Shown here: in pieces, positions 61,633 to 64,000 of the stretch
How the letters are laid out: each line of letters opens with the position of its first letter
Numbering within the stretch: position 1 is the stretch's first letter
Assembly (NCBI GenBank): GCA_052426225.1
Contig: JBNJNM010000006.1
Coordinates: forward strand, 310,001 to 374,000
Direction: 5' to 3'
DNA from: Zancudomyces culisetae HAW-14-8
Lineage: Eukaryota; Fungi; Kickxellomycota
Length of the DNA stretch: 64,000 bases
Notes under the pieces: model-generated
The model's input: the letters and a program-made list of their open reading frames with translations, nothing else
The model's database searches: none
What the model was told of the DNA's origin: nothing
Position numbers and translations under genes: made by a program

Positions 61633-63446
61633 TGTTATCAAAAGCTCAGATTCACACGTTTTGTTTTTTCAATTAGTTGGAAACTATTATAGTAATTATA
61701 CTATGTACTATATTATTATAAGTTTTCACTATAATACTATAAGTTCCTGTGTAGAACCAACTTTATTACATTGATATTTTTTCTTTCTAGGTCTTTTAAA
61801 CAACCTATTTATACAAAATTCAAATACTAATAGAAATTAATTTATACTAATAAACTACTTTTTATTCTTTCTTATCATGTCATAGAAAAACCATAAAGAT
61901 AAAAAAACTATACATGATTCCTACAAATAAATAAACATATGCAAACATTCATGATTTGCATAAACAAAATCTACTTAAAATATACTAATAAAATATGCAC
62001 AGTCTACTTCTGTGTTTACTAATAATAATTAAATATGTGTAAACTACAAACAAATATTAAACAAGTAAGTCAAACAATTAAGTATAATACTATAAATAAT
62101 AAATATTTACAAGAAAATATCATAAAATCATATAAATATTTATATAAATGATAAACATATAGGTATGTTTACTCATTATATAACATTGTCGCATAATGTG
62201 AAGTATCACTACTTCCATTAGCGCTACCATAACGTGCTATACCGGTTCTGGTACGATCACTGATGGTTGATGCACTTCTATTGCGTAATGCAATGTGCAT
62301 CGAGGGGTGCTCGGGTGAGCTAATACCCCTGTACAGTGTCGGTGAAATTGTACTCACCGACATTTCTTCCGGGCTCCTACGGATCTGGAGTTGACGGACA
62401 CTTTCTGTCAACTCACCAAGGGTGCGGGGACTTAATACCCCTGCATCCTGATCCATGCTGCTGCCCCTGCTCATGCTGGTAGAAGTGTGTGACTCCCTCC
62501 TGGAGTCACATTCGGTTCCAATCCAACTGTTTAAAAACATTATTGCTAATTTATCTTTTGGTTTTATTTGATTTTATTTAATTATTTTATTATAGTATTC
62601 CGTATCGAGACATGGATGATGTTTTCATATGTCATCCATACGTCTCCTTAAATATACTATTCGAATGTTAAACCACTATATAAAAACTAAATACTAAAAT
62701 ATGACTATTGTTATAATATTATTAATAATTTGTTTGTTATTAATGATAAATGTAAAATGCATGGGATCATTTTACATTTTACATTCATCATTATTGAACT
62801 AGCTCAGTATGAAAAATTGATTGCATACTGAGCTCAAAATTATTTGAAAATATTTAAAAAAAGTAAACAAAAATGAATTTGCATTTTCGTACTGAGTGTA
62901 CCATTTTCAGGCACATCCGCGTACTCTTGTACAAATTGTTAATAATGCGACACACGACAAAACTGTAGTGAATTTTTATTAAACTACTTGATGATTTTAA
63001 ATTTAGATTCTCTGATATGATTTTTATACTCATAGGTAAAAAAATGTACTAGGATTAACTTTCCACGTTGGTTGTTTACAACGTGGTGTAGCTATTAGCT
63101 GCTATGAAAGACAATTGCAACCATGTCCTTATGATATTGATGCAATTCTTAACTAAATAATCAGTAGGTGTATGCCTCTGATTGTTAAAATACTATAAAT
63201 AGACTAATAATAAACTAATAAACGTTGTATGAGGAAAAACACATTGGGAAAAAGTGGTCATACAATAAGGTGCTACTAATTATACGACATAATGTTGTAT
63301 GCAAAATAGAATGTTTGCATACTATTGGTTAATTTTATAGTTAGTAATTTTATTAGATTTTCTAGTAAAATTTAGTATTTTAGAAAATATTATTTTGAAT
63401 CTTAAATAAATTGTCAAATTTTGACCCATATAAATGTTCCGGTTTC
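61633..63446. mobile_element. Stack of solo LTRs distal to tRNA-Lys: 61633-62185, 62187-62952, 62964-63289, 63293-63446 (interrupted)
   Basis: TG..CA units with 1-11 nt spacers; homologs at 48492-49043 (inverted), 47641-48489 and 1305-1456 (inverted). Confidence 0.88.
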
Positions 63447-64000
63447 TGTCATGAACTGATTCTAGCATGTTCGAAAACGTTCTAGAATCATCTGATTTTA
63501 TTCCGCAGTAATGTTTAGAATGTTGGGAAACATTCTAGAACATTTCCGAACATTCACATTATTTATTAATTTTTCTTACGTAATAATTTTCACATGTTTA
63601 ATTTTATTAGCATTCGAGTTTGATTTTTGTTTGATTACTAATCAAATTGGATTAGTAATCAAACACGTTTTTCTTTAACTTGCATTTTTAGCTATTCCGC
63701 AGTTTTCATAGTGATTTTGTTCAAAAACCAAGGCTGGAAAAAAGTATAAAAAGGGTACAATTTTCCTGTCTTGGATTCAGTATCTAGTATCTTGTATACA
63801 TTCATACAATAAACTTTAATAATAATAAATATAACTCTCCTGACTCCAGATCTTGACACTATACTAGATCAAAATATTATATTTATTATTTTCTGACACC
63901 AGCCTAAGTATTTTAACCATGGAACCGTTTAGCCCAGAACAAGTTGAATTCCTCAACAAAGCCGCCGTGACCCTGCCAGCAGTTGAAGACGCCCTCCAGC
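63447..64000 (+). mobile_element. 5' LTR (63447-63858) and start of gag (ATG 63919) of an element running off the window
   Basis: LTR family of 26732-27139; PBS-position ATACTAGAT is complementary to ATCTAGTAT in the LTR; GC-richer ORF start. Confidence 0.75.

Overview
Very AT-rich eukaryotic DNA, probably an early-diverging fungus (inference from composition and TE content). No host protein-coding gene is evident. The window is a nested transposon graveyard: three near-intact Ty3/Gypsy elements (a self-priming chromovirus at 20019-25632 and two tRNA-primed single-ORF elements at 49044-55265 and 56449-61628), several decayed Gypsy copies and more than 20 solo LTRs. It also holds two DIRS (tyrosine recombinase) elements, three Tc1/mariner copies, an L1/Tx1-like LINE 3' fragment, a decayed geminivirus/genomovirus-like CRESS Rep, and two convergent tRNA genes (Arg-UCU, Lys-UUU). 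Main observations: (1) an unrecognised ~175-nt structured RNA with compensatory base changes occurs twice, once behind a tRNA-type Pol III promoter antisense in the chromovirus 3' UTR and once in the LINE 3' UTR; (2) LTR insertions are stacked in apparent age order 7-14 nt upstream of each tRNA; (3) one Gypsy family has its ORF starting inside the LTR, with the LTR-encoded peptide showing an excess of synonymous changes; (4) a ~860-bp palindrome lies between the two tRNAs. All alignments and folds were done by eye; coordinates of decayed elements are approximate.
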